64,000 nt of DNA from the human T2T-CHM13v2.0 reference genome, Homo sapiens: assembly GCF_009914755.1 (NCBI RefSeq), contig NC_060947.1; one strand, written 5' to 3'. Shown here in pieces: positions 22,813 through 42,844 of the stretch. The notes beneath the pieces were generated by a model. The model ran no database searches. It was not told the DNA's origin and saw only the letters and a program-made list of their open reading frames with translations. Position 1 is the first letter of the stretch. Every line of letters starts with the position of its first letter. Position numbers and translations under genes: made by a program.

Positions 22813-25504
22813 GAAAAGAAAGAACAACTACCAATCCTACTCAAACTATTCCAAAAAAATACAGGAGAAGGAAATACTTTCAAACTTAGTCCACAAAGCC
22901 ACAGCTACTCTGATACCTAAACCATAGAAACATCAAAAACAGAAAAGTAAATACCAATATCTCTGATGAATATGGATGCAAATATCCTTCATGAAATACT
23001 ATCAAATTCATCAAAAAATACTATCAAATTGAATTCAACAATATATTGAATATATTATTCATCATGACTGAATGGGATTTATCCCTTGTATGCAAGCATG
23101 AATCAATATATGCAAATAAATCAATGTGATACATTATATAATCAGAATAAGGGACAAAAACCATATGATCATTTCGATTGATGTGGAAAAAGCATTTGAT
23201 AAAGTTCAACATCCCTTAATAATAAAAACCCTCACAATACTGGGTATAGAACGAGCATACCTTAACATAATAAAAGCCATATATGAGAGACCCAAATGTA
23301 TCATTTGTGAACGGGAAAAAACTGAAAACCTCAGCTCTAAGATCTGGAACCTAATAAAGATGCCCACTTTCACCACGGTTATTCAGCTTGGTAGTGGAAG
23401 TCCTGGATAGAGCAATGAGACCAGAGAAAGAAAAGCAGGGCATCCAAATTGGAAGAAAGGAGTCGAATTATTTTCATTTGCAGATTGTATGATTTTATAT
23501 TTAGAAAAACTTGCAGACTCGAACAAAAACAATTATTGGAATTCACAAATACAGTAAAGTTGTAAGATACAAAATCAATATACCAAAATTAGTAACATTT
23601 CTATATTCCAACAGAGAACAATATAAAGAGGAAAGCCAAAAAGTAATTTCACTTATAATAGCTACAAATAAAATAAAATACCTAAAAATTACCAAAAGAA
23701 GTGAAAGATCTGTAGAATAAAAACTAAAACATTAATGCAAGTCACTAAAGAGTAAACCAAAAATTGGAAAGATATTCCAGGTTTATGAATTTGAAGAATC
23801 CATATTTTTATAATGTCCATACTACTAAAAGCAATCTATAGATTCAATGCAATTCCCATCAAAATACCAATGACATTAATCACAGAAATAGAAAAAATAT
23901 CCGAAAATTTATATGGAACCAAAAAATGTTCAGAATAGCCAAAACTATCCTAAGTAAAAAGAACAAAAGTGGAAGAATTACAATACCTCATTTCAAATTA
24001 TACTACAGAGCTATAGTAGCGGAAACAACACGATACTGGCATAAACACATATAGTCCGATGGAACAGAATACAGAACCCAGAAATAAATGCACACACCTA
24101 CAATGAACACATTTTCAGCAAAAGTGCCAATGACATACACTGCAGTAAAGACAGTCTTTTCAATAAATGTTGCTGGGAAAACTGGAAATCCATATGAAGA
24201 AGAGTAAAACTAGACCCCTATCTTTTTCCATATACAAAAATCAAATCAAAATGGATTAAAGGCTTAAATCTAAAACCCAAACTTATGAAACTACTACAAG
24301 AAAGAACTGAGGAAAATCTCCTTGACATTGTTCTGGGCAAAAATTTCTGGAGTCATATTCCAGAATCACAGGCAGCCAAAACAAAATTGGACAAATGAGA
24401 TCACATCAAGTTAGAAATCTTTTGCAGAACAAAGAAAACAACCAACCAAGTGAAGACACAACCTACAGAATATATAAGGAGCTCAAACAACTGTATAGGA
24501 AAAAATCTAATAATCTGATCAAAAATGGGTAAAGAATTTGAATAGACATTTCTCAAAAGGAGACCTACAAATGGCAAACAGGCATATGAAAAGGTGCTCA
24601 ACATCATTGATCATCAGAGAAATGCAAATCAAATCTACAATCGGTTAACATCTCACACCAGTTAAAATTGTTTATATCCAACATAGGAAATAAACAATGC
24701 TGGTGAGCATGTGGAGAAAAATGAACAATTGTACACTGTTGATGCAAGTGTACAACCACTATGAAAAAAAATTTAGAGGTTCTTCAGAAAATTAAAAACA
24801 GAACTACCAATTAGATCCAGCAATCCCACTACTGGGCATATCCCCAAAAGTAATAAAGTCAGTATACTGAAGAGATATCTGCACTCCCATGTTGGTTGTA
24901 GCACTATTCACGATAGCCAAGATTTGCAAGCAGTGTAAGCGTCCATTAACAGATGAATGGATAAAGTAAATGTGATATTTATACACAATGCAGTAATATT
25001 CAGCCATAAAAAAGAACGAGATCCTGTCATTTGCAACAACATAGATAGAACTGGAAATCATTATGTTAAGTGAAATAAGCCAGGCATATAAAGACAAATA
25101 TTGGATGTTTTCACTTATTTGTGGGATCCAAAAATCAAAACAATTGAATCATTGAAATAGAGAGTAGAAGGATAATTACCAGATGCTGGAAAGGGTATTG
25201 GGGGATTATGGGGGAGATGGGGATGATTAATAAGTACAAGAAATAGAAAGAATGAATAAGACCTACTATTTGACAGCACAACAGGCGGACCATAGTCAAT
25301 AATGATTGAATTGTACATTTAAAAATAACCAAAAGAGTATAATTAGTTTGTAACACAAAGGTTACATCCTAGAAGTAATGGATACCCCATTCTCTATGAT
25401 GTATTTACTTCACATTGTATGCCTGTATCAAAATATCTCATGTACCCACTAAATATATACACCTATTGTATACCCACAAAAGTTAAAAATTAAAAAACTA
25501 AAAA

Positions 25505-26638
25505 ACACAATGTGATATCCCCTCACATTTTAGAATGCTTAGTATTAAAATGACAAGAGATAACAAATGTTGGTAAGAATATGGGGAAAAGGGAACCCTT
25601 GTAGCTGATGGGAAGAATGTAAATTAGTGTAGCCAATGTGGAAAATATTATGGAGGTTCCTCACAAAATTAAAATTAGAACTCCCATAAAATCCAGCAAT
25701 TCCTCTTATGGGTATATATCCAGAGCAAATGAAATCAGTACATAGAAGAGATATTAACACTTTTATGTTTCTTGTAGCATTATTTACAACAGCCAATATA
25801 CAGAAAAAACCTAGGTGTCTATAGATAAATAAAGAAATTCTGGTTTATTGTGGACACAAAAAGAATAAAATAATATCCCATGTTCATGGATTGGAAGAAT
25901 TAATAATATTAAAATGTCCATACTACCCAAAGTGATCTACAGAATCAATGCAATTCCTATCAAATTTCAATGGGATTTTTCATAAAAATAACAATTCTAT
26001 AAAATACATCATATTATATATAATATGTATTATATATTATACATAATGCAATATGTAATAAATATATAGTGATATATATATATATATATATATAAAATAC
26101 CATACACAATGTAATACAATTCAGCTTTAAAAAAAAATCCTGTCATTTGTAACAAGATGCATGATTCTGGAGAACATTATTCTAAGTGAAATAAGCCAGG
26201 CACAGAAAGAAAAATACTGTATTATCTCACCTATATGTGAAATCTAAAAACATCAAATACATGGAAGCAGAGTAGAACAGTGGTTACCAGGGGTCATCAG
26301 GAATGAGAAATGGGGAGATGTTGGTCAAAGGGTAAAAACTTGAAGCTCTAAGATAAATAATTTCTGGAGATGTACTATAAAACATGACAATATAATTAAT
26401 AATAATATAGTACATACTTGAAATTTGTTAAGAGAATAAGTATTCTCAGCACTCACACAAAGGTAACTATTTGCTGTAGTTACTGCATCACATTTTAAAA
26501 ACTTTCTTTTAAAAGTAGGTGATGGATTTGTGAATTAGCTTGTGATAATCAAGATATTTATTGTATATTGTATGCTGCACATTAAAACATCTTCTACACT
26601 TTGAATGTATACAATTTTGTCAATAAAGCTGAAAAAAA
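25505..26638 (+). mobile_element. Older L1M (L1MA7-9-like) 3' end with internal ORF2 fragment and TA-rich tract
   Basis: CTAAGTGAAATAAGCCAGGCACAGAAAG, AATAAAGCTGAAAA end; (TA)n ~26010-26093. Confidence 0.65.
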
Positions 26639-26639
26639 G

Positions 26640-26880
26640 ATCAGGTCTTCTTATCTTATGGTTCTTCTCCTAAATAAACCTCACTGAGTGTGCAAGCAAT
26701 ACCTGTGGGAATTCGGGTTTGGGAACTGACACCATAATGTTAATCTGGCTACTGCTGTTCTTGTGAGTAATAAATGCCTTTTGTCCCGGATGTAGGAGTC
26801 TAGAATGTATCAAATAGACAAGCTAGTTTGTTAGCTTGCAAATAAGGTAAAATCTCAGACCTTTACATAGTTCTTAATTT
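26640..26880 (+). mobile_element. Old LTR fragment (MER68-like)
   Basis: 3' end TTGTTAGCTTGCAAATAAGGTAAAATCTCAGACCTTTACATAGTTCTT resembles the recalled consensus. Confidence 0.45.
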
Positions 26881-27557
26881 TCTTAAATACAGGTACCACA
26901 GTTGAAACTTGCTAGAAGCAAATTAGATTGTTTGTGTTTCTTGACCTTGGAATAAATGTACTGATGAGGGCAAGGGACATATTTCCTTCATAATAAAGTA
27001 CATAAATTATAATAGAAGTAAAATAAAAATATGGCTCTAGGCCAAGAGTCTAGAAACTTTTCCAAATCCTCTAAAATTAATTTCTTATGACTGCAGTTTT
27101 GTAACACATGGGAATTTCTATATATTAATCACCTCCTTTTGTACCCATACAAATAAACCAAATGAACAAAGCAAAAAATAATTTGTAACAAGTCAAAACA
27201 TTGTAAAATTAATTTATGAGAATAAAACTATACATTAGTAGTATAATATTATATGACAATAGGAATGAATATACAAAACTAAACTAACACTTCCCCCATT
27301 GGCTTAATTGGTTCTGGATAGAAGAATCAAGGCAGAAAAAAATGTACATTTTAAAAAAGTCTTGCCTTCTGAGAAATAAGCCCTGGATTACGGGAAAATT
27401 CTAAAAGCCTTGTCTCTAGATTAGATTTCAAGTATCAAAGTGAAGAAGAACTATTTTTAAAGCAACATAACCCAAATACTGTCCAATTAGTATTGTTGAC
27501 TGTCATATAACAATTTAAATATAAACGTATCTTTCTCTCTTTATCCCGGTGGTCCAG

Positions 27558-28293
<736 letters not shown>

Positions 28294-28719
28294 CTACAAT
28301 AAAATAATTGTTTATGTGGTTTGTTTTTAATCTATTTTTGACACCACCACGTCTTGAGGTACACCATCACATGTCTTGAGTCTTGAGGTAAAGAAAACCA
28401 TCTTTTTCCTGTTTTAAGCCTCTCAGCCTTTCATTTCCACACTCACACACACACACACACACACTCTCACACACACACAAACTCTTATCATAAGAGAAGA
28501 TAATCTAGATTTCCCTTTTGTGTTTAAACTATTTTGTAAAAATACAATAAAACAGAGTCTTAAATTTTTCTTTTTTTAGATTTTGGAGAAACACTAATCT
28601 TAGGCACATTTTAAAAGTAAAAACAAAGATACTCACAGGCATGCACACACACACATACACACACCTAAGTCTTTCCTTTAAACAAAAAAACTGCTATTTC
28701 ATAAATCTCTAAAAGATAT

Positions 28720-30010
28720 TTTTTAGAATTGACATAAGAAAGAGTAGCAGCTACATTCATATATCAGAAAATCCTTGACAAAGCAGCAGCAGAGATGGAT
28801 TTCTGAGAGGCTACCTTCTCCTATGCCATCGTTAAACCAAACTGTGTTTTTACTTAGGAGAGCTGGAGATACCTTAAAGTTATGCTCCTAAGAGCCAGAG
28901 ACCCTAAGCCTTTCTCAGTATATTAATTACCTGAAGGACATGTGGAACCAAAGCAAATAATTGGACTCAGAAAGAGAAAGGCAGCAATTACAGGAAAAAA
29001 AGTGATCCAAAATCAGGTATGAGGGCAATCAGTACAGATTGCCTCAAGTCAGAAGGCTAAGAAGAGACTACATAAGGAAAATGAAAGTGCTAAAATATCT
29101 GCTGTGAATAACTGTATGAGAGGAGACTTTGATAGCTAGCAAAGACTTTAGTTTTGGGTAAGTAATAAGAACATACAAAAATCAAGTACGTGGGGGAAAA
29201 GGCCAACCTTAATTCCAGAAAAAACAAGGTGTTGTGCAGGAAAGAAATAGTAATCATAGTCTAACAAATGGCTCAGCTGTAAAAAAAAAAAAATACACAT
29301 ATAATCATATAAATACTACACAGTTGTCTAACAAAAGTTATAATTTGGAGGGAGGAGGAGTTGAGGCACAAAGAGATGATTGAGGCACAGAGGGAAAAAA
29401 GAGAAATGATTCTTCATCTTGCACGTTGAAATGCAGATAAACTATGCCTAAAACTGAAAAACCAGTAAGTTGCTATATAAGCCTATTATTTTGAAAGAAA
29501 GATACATAACAATAAAATAACCAGAAAATTCAAAGTGGAAATGGAGAGAGGTGGATTGGTGACTGCTGTTTGCCTTAACACACTGCTATGGACTGAATAT
29601 TTGTGTCCATTCAAAATTCGTATTTTGAGACCTGAATAGTTTATTAAGAGATATGACTTTTGGGAGGTGATTAGGTAGAGTGAAGCCCTTGTCACTTGTA
29701 TTAGAGTGTTTATAAAAGGAGCCAAAAGGAGCTTATTTCCTTCTTCTGCCATGTGAGGTCACAGTGAAAAGATACCTTCTATGTCTCAGAAGATGGCCCT
29801 CAGAAGACATGTAATCTTCTCGCACCTTAATCTTGGACTTCTCAGCTTCCAGAACTGTGAGAAATAAGTTTCTGTTGTTTATAAGCTACTCAATCTATAG
29901 TTCTTTTTTAAATAGCAACCAGAATGGACTAAGCCACATACTCTGTAGAATTAGCTGACTCTTTAAACTATGTGCATGTATAACTTTAATACAAAATTTT
30001 AATTAAAAAT
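28720..30010 (+). mobile_element. Ancient L1M (L1MC-like) 3' region
   Basis: A-rich decayed sequence ending TTTAAACTATGTGCATGTATAACTTT; boundaries approximate. Confidence 0.4.
29584..29936 (+). mobile_element. MLT1A/B-like MaLR LTR
   Basis: TGCTATGGACTGAAT start; CCAGAACTGTGAGAAATAA; GGACTAAG end. Confidence 0.8.
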
Positions 30011-32769
30011 ATATTTGACTTAAATGGCTGTAATGGAAGTATATAGAGAATCATCAGAAAATGCTCAAGAAAGTGGGGATAGGTAATTCTGGTAGAAGAA
30101 AAAAATAAAACCTGCATGGAGACCTTGTTAATACTGAGCATTTTAACTCTTAAAGGGAGGACTTGTTAGAATAGTTGAAACACTTACTGCTAAATACCAA
30201 GAATTATTGACATTAAAAGTTCAATAAACGTTCATTCATCTCTACTCAATAATAAATAAGTAGGGAAAAGTCTCATGAGAGAGACATTACAGCAGCTAAA
30301 GATATCAGGGTGGAGGATGTTCTGAACACTGCATTAGTGTGTGAGTGTGCATGTGTGTGTATGTGTGTGTGATGCCTAGACATAGATAGAGCCTTAAATG
30401 CACTGAAGATTTTAACTATCAAAAGGTTAACCCTGTCCACTAAAATGTTTGTCAAACACAAGAAATTGCAATTATAATGGTTTTATATATTCCATCCAGT
30501 TCAGAATGGTTAGAAATAAAGTCAACAGACAGTATTTATGACCGCTATAATCAAAAATGGCACTGGGTTCCAAAGATTCTAACAGTGATTCCAGGTCACT
30601 AATCCCATGTGCCTCTGGGCCAAAAGTCATCACCTTTTAATACCTATAGTTATGATCTAGTATCTGCTTGTTCCACAAGCCAGGTCTCCACAATACGTCT
30701 AAGTCACAATGGGGTTTCAAAAGGCCCAGTATTCCCCACAGCCCCTCAGATCAGACATTTTGTTTTCCTCTCACCTGGACCATCTGAATCAAATCAGATT
30801 TTTAAATCCTGTGATAAGGACAGTTTGCACCTAAGCCTCTAGATGGGAATTTCATGTAAACTGTAAGAATGAGAAGCTTGGAGAAATCCAAGTGCTTTAG
30901 GGCCAACTAAATATTTTAACTATGCCTTTGGTATCAAAAGTTTCTGATTCAAGATAAGGGCCCCTGAGGTTTTTATACAGCATGAATTAGTTACAGGATG
31001 GTAATTTAAACAAATTTGTGTTCTTACATATGTAGCGAGATTGATGTAGGAGAGTTCTTAAATCACATTCGTAAATATTAGAGTAATTCTGAATTTCTTG
31101 GATACGTTACTCTGAAGCTAACTTTAACAGTAGTGGTAATTATAAATGTGGGAGGGGCACGGACCACACAGATGTTACAGGATATAATTTATAGTCTTGT
31201 GATCCAAACTAAAAGAGAAGTACAACTTAGTAGACTTTACCTTGAAAATTAATGGTTTGCTACATAATTAATGTATCTCTTCATGAATGGAGAAAAAATT
31301 AGCTTAGCTACAAGAACAGGCTCAACTGATTCATGGGCTCTTATGATTTTTTTTTTTCCTGCACAAAGTTTCAAATGACTAGATTGTGCTTTCTGAAAAT
31401 TATTTAGGTGTTATTTAACAGAAAGGAATTGGAAAAAGGTAATCATTGCTTCATAAGTAGCATTATTATGGCATTATAACTTTAAAGATATAATACTTCT
31501 CAGCTAATTGCATTGTGTGAGTATTGGAAACTGACTTAATAAGCAACTTACCAGTATCTGTTGCTCTTGCTGTAAGACCATTTGCTATTTGGATGCCAGA
31601 CTAAAAATCCATTTGATAATGATTCTAAGTCTTGAGTCACATTCACAAATGTGAATGTTTTCAATATAGCATCTGCACTGCTAGCAATCCAGAAAATATT
31701 TCAAGTAGTACTGGAGATCATTCAATACAAGCCAGATTATAAGAGATAAAGTTGCAACCATGCAGATGACTAGGTGCCTACTCCCTGCCCCCTCACATCA
31801 TATTATTCTGGGTGAGTAGCAAGCTGGATTACACTCTCCCTTACCTGTCCTCAGTCAAATGATCAGGCCCAATGTCAACACAACTGAGACTTAATAGAGA
31901 CCTATTCATAGTGAAATTGAATACTCCTCTAGACAGAAGATATGTGGTAGTCAAGACATCCAATGTTTGGCATTTCAAAAAATAAGTTCCATAGAAGTGT
32001 TTTGATAAACTTGTCTGAGTATACCTCTGTCATAAAAGGATGCTTCTGGTTTACCAGGGTGGTGTATGATACCAAGGCAAGAGGCCTACTTAACTGTGGG
32101 CTATTGGTATGAAAAGGACATACAGATGGATATTGATCAAATTTCCCTGTATCTTGCTAGGAGGTAGATAGCCTGTTTTTGTTTGTGTGTTTGTTTGTTT
32201 GTTTGTTTTTTCCAAATTCCTATGGGATATACTTTCACATTGTAGCAGCATATCTGACATCACCATGGTAAGAATCCTGCATTGCTGTTCAAGGACGTTT
32301 TCATTCTCTTGTAAAGTTTCATATAGCAACCTCATAAATGATAGTAAAGCAAAGGTTTGCTAAAGATATATACCATGCAAAAGACACACATTGCCTTCAG
32401 TGCACATGCCTGACAAAACCTTTACATTTTTCTTGATTATTTACATGACAATCTCTTTAGTGGTTTTCACCATTAGAGAAAAGAATCCTGGAACTTCTCT
32501 TTGAGGAAACTTATGGAAACTGAAATTGCCAGCAGAGATGTACATTAGAATTTATTTCTGTCAGACAACAGCACTTGCTTATAGAATTACAGGTGATAAG
32601 ACACAGCTTAAAGTTAAGGGAATAATACACTGAGTATCAGAAGTAGCAACTTTGCCTAGAAACTTTTTATGATACCACAAAGAATCTTTGTGTTATCTGT
32701 TGACAGTCCTGAATGTTTTTTATGAGAGTGTGGGGTAAATTAGGCTTGGTGGAAGGGGTCACCAAAACA

Positions 32770-33154
32770 GAGAACTTTATAATTGGTGGTAGAAGAAGAA
32801 AGCAAAAGAGAGATGCAGAAGACGAAGTCAAAGATATTACAAGCATAAGGATTCAATGCATGTTGCTGGATCTGAGATGTAGGGAGCCATTTGCAAAGAC
32901 TAGAGAGAAGCCTCTAGAAGATAAGAGAGACCCTGACTGACAACCAGAAGGAAAATGGGGACCTCAGTCCTATAACTGAAAAAAAACTGGATTCTACCAA
33001 CAACCTGAAAAAACTTGGAAGCAGATTCTTCTCAGATAAAAGTCCAACAGGCTGATGCTGGCTTCTGACCAACAAAATTATGAGATAAATGAGTGTCATT
33101 TTAAGCCACCAAATTTGTGGCAATGTATTCTGGCAGCAATAGAAAACCAGTACT
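32770..33154 (+). mobile_element. MLT1D/E-like MaLR LTR (3' part)
   Basis: GGGGACCTCAGTCCTATAAC, TTTTAAGCCACCAAATTTGTGG, GCAGCAATAGAAAAC. Confidence 0.7.
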
Positions 33155-33158
33155 GTAG

Positions 33159-33598
<440 letters not shown>

Positions 33599-34242
33599 TC
33601 ACAAAAGTATCTGGCACATAGTTAGTGCTATATCAGCATTTGCCAAGTTGATTAATATGCAGAATATCTTAAAAGATGCAAAGATATGTCTATTGCACAG
33701 GTTTGTCAAGTTTGGTATTTACTATGCTTTTTTATTTCTCTATCATTTTAGGCAGTCTTGAGAAGTTAAAACACTTACCTTTCCTAGGGAAAGCAAAATA
33801 TGCCAAATATATACTTGCAAAACTCCTTTACATACCAAGTTTTCTGACTCATATTGCCTAAGAGACATTTAAAAAGTATATTTAATTTTAAAATTTTAAA
33901 CACATATTGGAAGAAACTTTTAAACCCATAGCCCATTAAAATACACAAAATGTCATTATCTGTTTTCCTAATCAGATCTGTGACTCCATATACTCAGTGA
34001 TGAGCCCTTTCATACTTTCCTGTATGAGTCAGAGAAGTATGCTTTGCTCTTAGCAGGCATCTTTTATACACATTTTAAATTATCTTTTAGAGAAAGTCTA
34101 GTGACAAATGTTTGCTGATACAGTGCATAATATTTTCTTTGGGGCATAATTTTCGACAGGCTTTTCATCATAATCCATTATATACTACTTGATTATATAG
34201 ACATAATATATACACATATACACACACACAAACACATATAGT

Positions 34243-35367
<1,125 letters not shown>

Positions 35368-35376
35368 AAAAAAGTA

Positions 35377-38500
<3,124 letters not shown>

Positions 38501-38779
38501 TCTACGGGTGGATTTTTCAGATGCACTGGCAGAGCAAATATCGGTTTTATATAAAAAGTCAGCATAAGCCAATTGGAGAAATGTGAGGGAATGCTTCTAA
38601 CTACTTCATTACATCCTAATCACAAAAGCAGAAAGGACAATGGATAAAGACAAAAGCAAATGTACATTATCACATTTTGGCCCTATACAACTATTAGGAC
38701 AAGAGAGGAAGGAGAAAAGCAGGCCCACGTCAGTTTAAAAATGCCATGTAAGTCAGGTACCTTGAAAACAATCACAGGC

Positions 38780-38955
38780 AGGGGGCGCGGGGAGGGATAG
38801 CATGAGGAGATATACCTAATGTAAATGACGGGTTAATGGGTGCAGCACACCAACACGGCACATGTATACATATGTAACAAAACTGCACATTGTGCACATG
38901 TACTCTAGAACTTAAAGTATAATAATAAATATAATAATAATAATAAAGAAAGAAA
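38780..38955 (+). mobile_element. Short L1PA 3'-end insertion
   Basis: L1PA 3'UTR end; 16-bp TSD GAAAACAATCA(C/T)AGGC at 38764-38779 and 38956-38971. Confidence 0.92.
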
Positions 38956-38987
38956 GAAAACAATCATAGGCTTTGTTCCAGCAAGGC

Positions 38988-39712
38988 TGAAACTGCCTTT
39001 GCAAAAATTACAACTAAGGAAATTATGACAGTAAAAGAGATCAGACCTAACTGACTCGACTCTATCTTGCTTCTAACCTTTAAGCTGGCCTTGTTCATTC
39101 CTGGGCATAGGCCAAACTAACCTTGGGAAGGAATTTAGTTTATAGTTCAACTTTGAAACAAAATTAATAATAGCCCTTTCCCAAAGGGGAAAGCAAAACA
39201 AATCACCCCTTCTTGCCTGGGGACCAGTCTGAGTCTGTCTTTGTAGGACTAACAAACTAGCTACAAGATTAGAAATTATGGTTTGGGGCCATGCAGCCTC
39301 TGGCTGCAAGTATCTGAACCTCCCCAAATTGCTCCTGTGAATAACATCACTATTGCAAAATCTAACATCAGTGATTGACATATTTTGCAGACACTGCACT
39401 CCAGGTCTGGTAATCTGGCTCAACCAGATTGAGGCTGGTAACCTGGCTCAACCAGTTCTGCGATTTCACCCAAGAACAGAAGACAGCAAGAGAAACTCAC
39501 TTTGACCCCCTATGATTCCATCTCCAACCCGACCAATCAGCACACCCCACTTCCCAAGCCTCTCCCCACCAAATTATCCTTAAAAACTCTGATCCCGGGG
39601 AAGGCTTGGAAAGACAGATTTGAGTAATAATAAAACTCCAGTGTCCCACACAGCTTCTCTGCATGAATTACTCTTTCTCCATTGCAATTCCCTTGTCTAG
39701 GCAGCGGGCAGG
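38988..39712 (+). mobile_element. LTR8-like ERV1 LTR
   Basis: TGAAACTGCCTTTGCAAAAATTA start; GATTTGAGTAATAATAAAACTCC; GTCTAGGCAGCGGGCA near end. Confidence 0.8.
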
Positions 39713-39917
39713 GTTTCTAGAAGGCTGACAAGGAAAAAAAACACAAACAAAAATTTGTCTTACAACCAATAGTGCGGAGGTCGGGATGGGGGCAGAAGGG
39801 TGAGAACTAACAAATTAGCTCGGATTTTGGTCTCTCCTGGCCTCTTTCCATCTGAGAATTGGGGGAACCTTCTGGTAACAGCTGGGGATTGTGCTTTTGT
39901 GGTGACTAGGGGCATAG

Positions 39918-40495
39918 TGTGGAGGAAAAGAGTCAAACTCTGTAAAATATTTGAAAAGATTTATTCTGAGACAAATATAAGTGACTATGGCCTGTGACAC
40001 AGCCCTCAGGATATCCTGAGAACATGTGCCCAAGGCGGTTGGGGTGCAGCTTGATTTTACACATTTTAGAAGACATGAGACATCATTTAAATACATTTAA
40101 GATACACATTGATTCGGTCCAGAAAGGCAGGACAACTGGAAGGGGGGGTGCTTTCAATTTATAGGTAGATTTAAAAATTTTCTGATTGGCAACTGGTTAT
40201 TATCAATAAAATGCGATGTCTGGGTTATAGTAAGAGGTTGTAGACACCAAAGTTTCATCATCCTGATGGTGCCTCCAGGTAGATGGCTTCAGAGAGAATA
40301 CATTAGAATGTTTCTTATCATATTTAAGGTCTGTGTTTATGTTAATGTTGGAGGGTATAATGAGGTAGGTCCGATCCCCCCACTTTCTGCCATATCCTGA
40401 ACCAGTCTTTCAGGTTAAATTTTAGAGTGCCCTGGCAGAGGAGGATGTCCATTCAGATGGTTGGGGGGGCCTTAGAATTTTATTTTGGGTTTACA
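39918..40495 (-). mobile_element. MER4A-like ERV1 solo LTR
   Basis: Minus strand starts TGTAAACCCAAAATAAAATTCTAAGCCCCCC; 4-bp TSD ATAG/GTAG. Confidence 0.82.
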
Positions 40496-42443
40496 GTAGT
40501 TTAGTCTTTTATGAGAATGAAAGCCTGGGGTACGGCTGGCTGGTTACTGTTGGTTGGAACTCCACAGTTGATTTCTAGCCAGTAGAGGCAGCTTAGGTTT
40601 GGGATGACTCTGCCTAAGCCATTTCCTGTGGAATTGTTCCCCCTCGTGGTAGGCACTGAAGGGTCTGAAGAGCCACCTTATTGAGTGGTTGGTCCACTTT
40701 TAACTTTTCCTGGTCCTTAGAGCTCCTAGATGTGTGTGTAAGCCTAAGGCCATAGGGATTCCCTTTATAGGGTAGTAAATGGGAGGTGAGGGTAATTACA
40801 CCAATGTGTATGGTTCTCATAATGAAAACTGTGTCACAGTCCAAGTCTTTAATGGCTTGGCTCCAGAATGCGACGTTTGGGAGAAAACATCTTGGTGGAC
40901 AGTTTGTATAAATTGGCAGTCATAACTTTTATGGAATTTTGATAGATATTGAGAATACTGCACATTGTTTGGAAAGGAAATTCAGTGGAAAATGGAGAAT
41001 CGGATAAGTATGGAGCGGGTCCTTTCTAAACAACCTTTGTTAAACTGTAAAGGACTATGCAATGATCTCTCTTATTTACCTTTTTAGATCTATTTTCTTT
41101 TTTGTCCTTACAAAAACTGTATCTGACTAGAATTATTCTGTGTGATTGGTACAGGGATATTTCTACTATTATTAATCTTTATAACCTTCACACTGTTAGA
41201 GACATGCTTTTGCATGAATTAAAAATTTTATTTAAAAACATTACATCTCTTATACAAGTGTACATATGTAAAAGAGAGAACAAATTTTCGTTCCATTGCA
41301 ATTTCTCTGAGGAAATTAAAAGCCTGCCTTCAAAACAAGAGGCTGAAACAGAAATCATTCTAAAAGTTAATGTCCTAATGACCAGCAGAAGAGGGCAACT
41401 TCAGTTAGGTAGAGAAAAACTTGTGAGTGGCTATGGAAACTGAGAAAAACTTTCAACTTAGTAGGGAAGAAAAACATATCATGGAAGAAGTGAGCATATT
41501 GTTGCTAAAATAGTTTTACCTGCCACTGAAATTTATGCTCTAAAGGGAAAAGAAGACTTTATCATCTTTTTTGAGGAAAGCTGCTATTTATATATTTAGT
41601 TCTTTTGAGGATAGCAATGGCCCATGACTGTTTCACTGGGGAGAGTTTGAAATAGTCTTTAAACTCAAATAAATGGACCAAATTAAATTTGTCAGTATAG
41701 ATTTAGTAAAATAAGATTGCTAGCCAATAATTGCAGAAAGAAAAAGTATCATATTTGTTCACAAAGTCCAATATTTTGTTCATTTAAAACAGCTTTGAGT
41801 GGAGCTGTTACCTGTTTATGTAATTTTTCTTGTTGAAATGAACAAAATAAAATTCCCTAAAAACTGAAATAAAATCAGAGAATTGTACACCTCCTTACCA
41901 GAGACTATAAAGCATCTAGCAAATATGGTGAAACTGGGACCAGGTCAAAGGAGGATGTTGAGCATATCTTCTGTAATCTCAAACTGAGTCTAGAACTCCA
42001 AAGGACCTACCCAATATTTTACCTGGAAAGATAAGAAATAAATATTTGAATTAACGTGTCACTATTGAAATTCATGCATAAGTACACAATAAATGTGTAT
42101 GACAATGTTCTTGGTGGCATTGTTCATAATAACCACATTTTGGAAACTGTCCCAATATATATCAACAAGGATTTGCTAAATAAATTATGCTTTATTCACA
42201 CAATGGAATACTATACAAAGAAGTAACTCTGCATATAAGAACCTACAAACATGTTCACGTTCTATTAAGTGGAAAAATTTATAGAGGAGGATATATACTA
42301 TGGTTCTATTTCTACAACTTCGTATATGTGCACATAGATGGATTTAATGTACAGGTGTATATATGCGTTTTCTGCCTCTCTGGTCCTCTCTGTGTCTCTA
42401 CACACATGTGTACATGCATGCATAAAAATACACAGAAAGGAAC

Positions 42444-42844
42444 TTCTATGGTTTGAATATTCCCTCCAAAACTTATGTTGAAACTTAATCTCCAATGTGG
42501 CAGTATTCAGAGGTATGGCCTTTAACAGGTGATTGGAACATGAGGGTTCTGCCCTTGTGAATGGATTAATCCACTGACAGATTATCATGGAAGTAGAACT
42601 GGTGGTTTTATAAGAAGAGAAAGAGAGACCTAAGCTACCATGTTAGCATACTTAGTCCCCTTGCCATGTGATGCCCTGTGCTACCTCAGGACTGCAGAGA
42701 GTTTCTACCATCAAGAAGGCCCTCACCAGATGTGGCCCCTCAATCTTGAACTTCCCAGCCTCCAGAACTGTAAGAAATACATTTTATTTTTTTAAATAAA
42801 TTTTCAGGTATTTTGTTATAAGCAACAGAAAATAGGCTAAGACA
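42444..42844 (+). mobile_element. MST (MSTD-like) MaLR LTR
   Basis: CTATGGTTTGAAT..CCAGAACTGTAAGAAATA..GCTAAGACA. Confidence 0.78.

Larger units (their letters stand above)
20168..25503 (+). mobile_element. Old L1 (L1MA2-like): inter-ORF region, decayed ORF2 and 3'UTR; host of the provirus and three Alus
   Basis: Decayed ORF2 (e.g. [20 protein letters not shown]); 3'UTR GAATGAATAAGACCTACTATTTGA..GTACCCAC; A-rich end. Confidence 0.8.
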
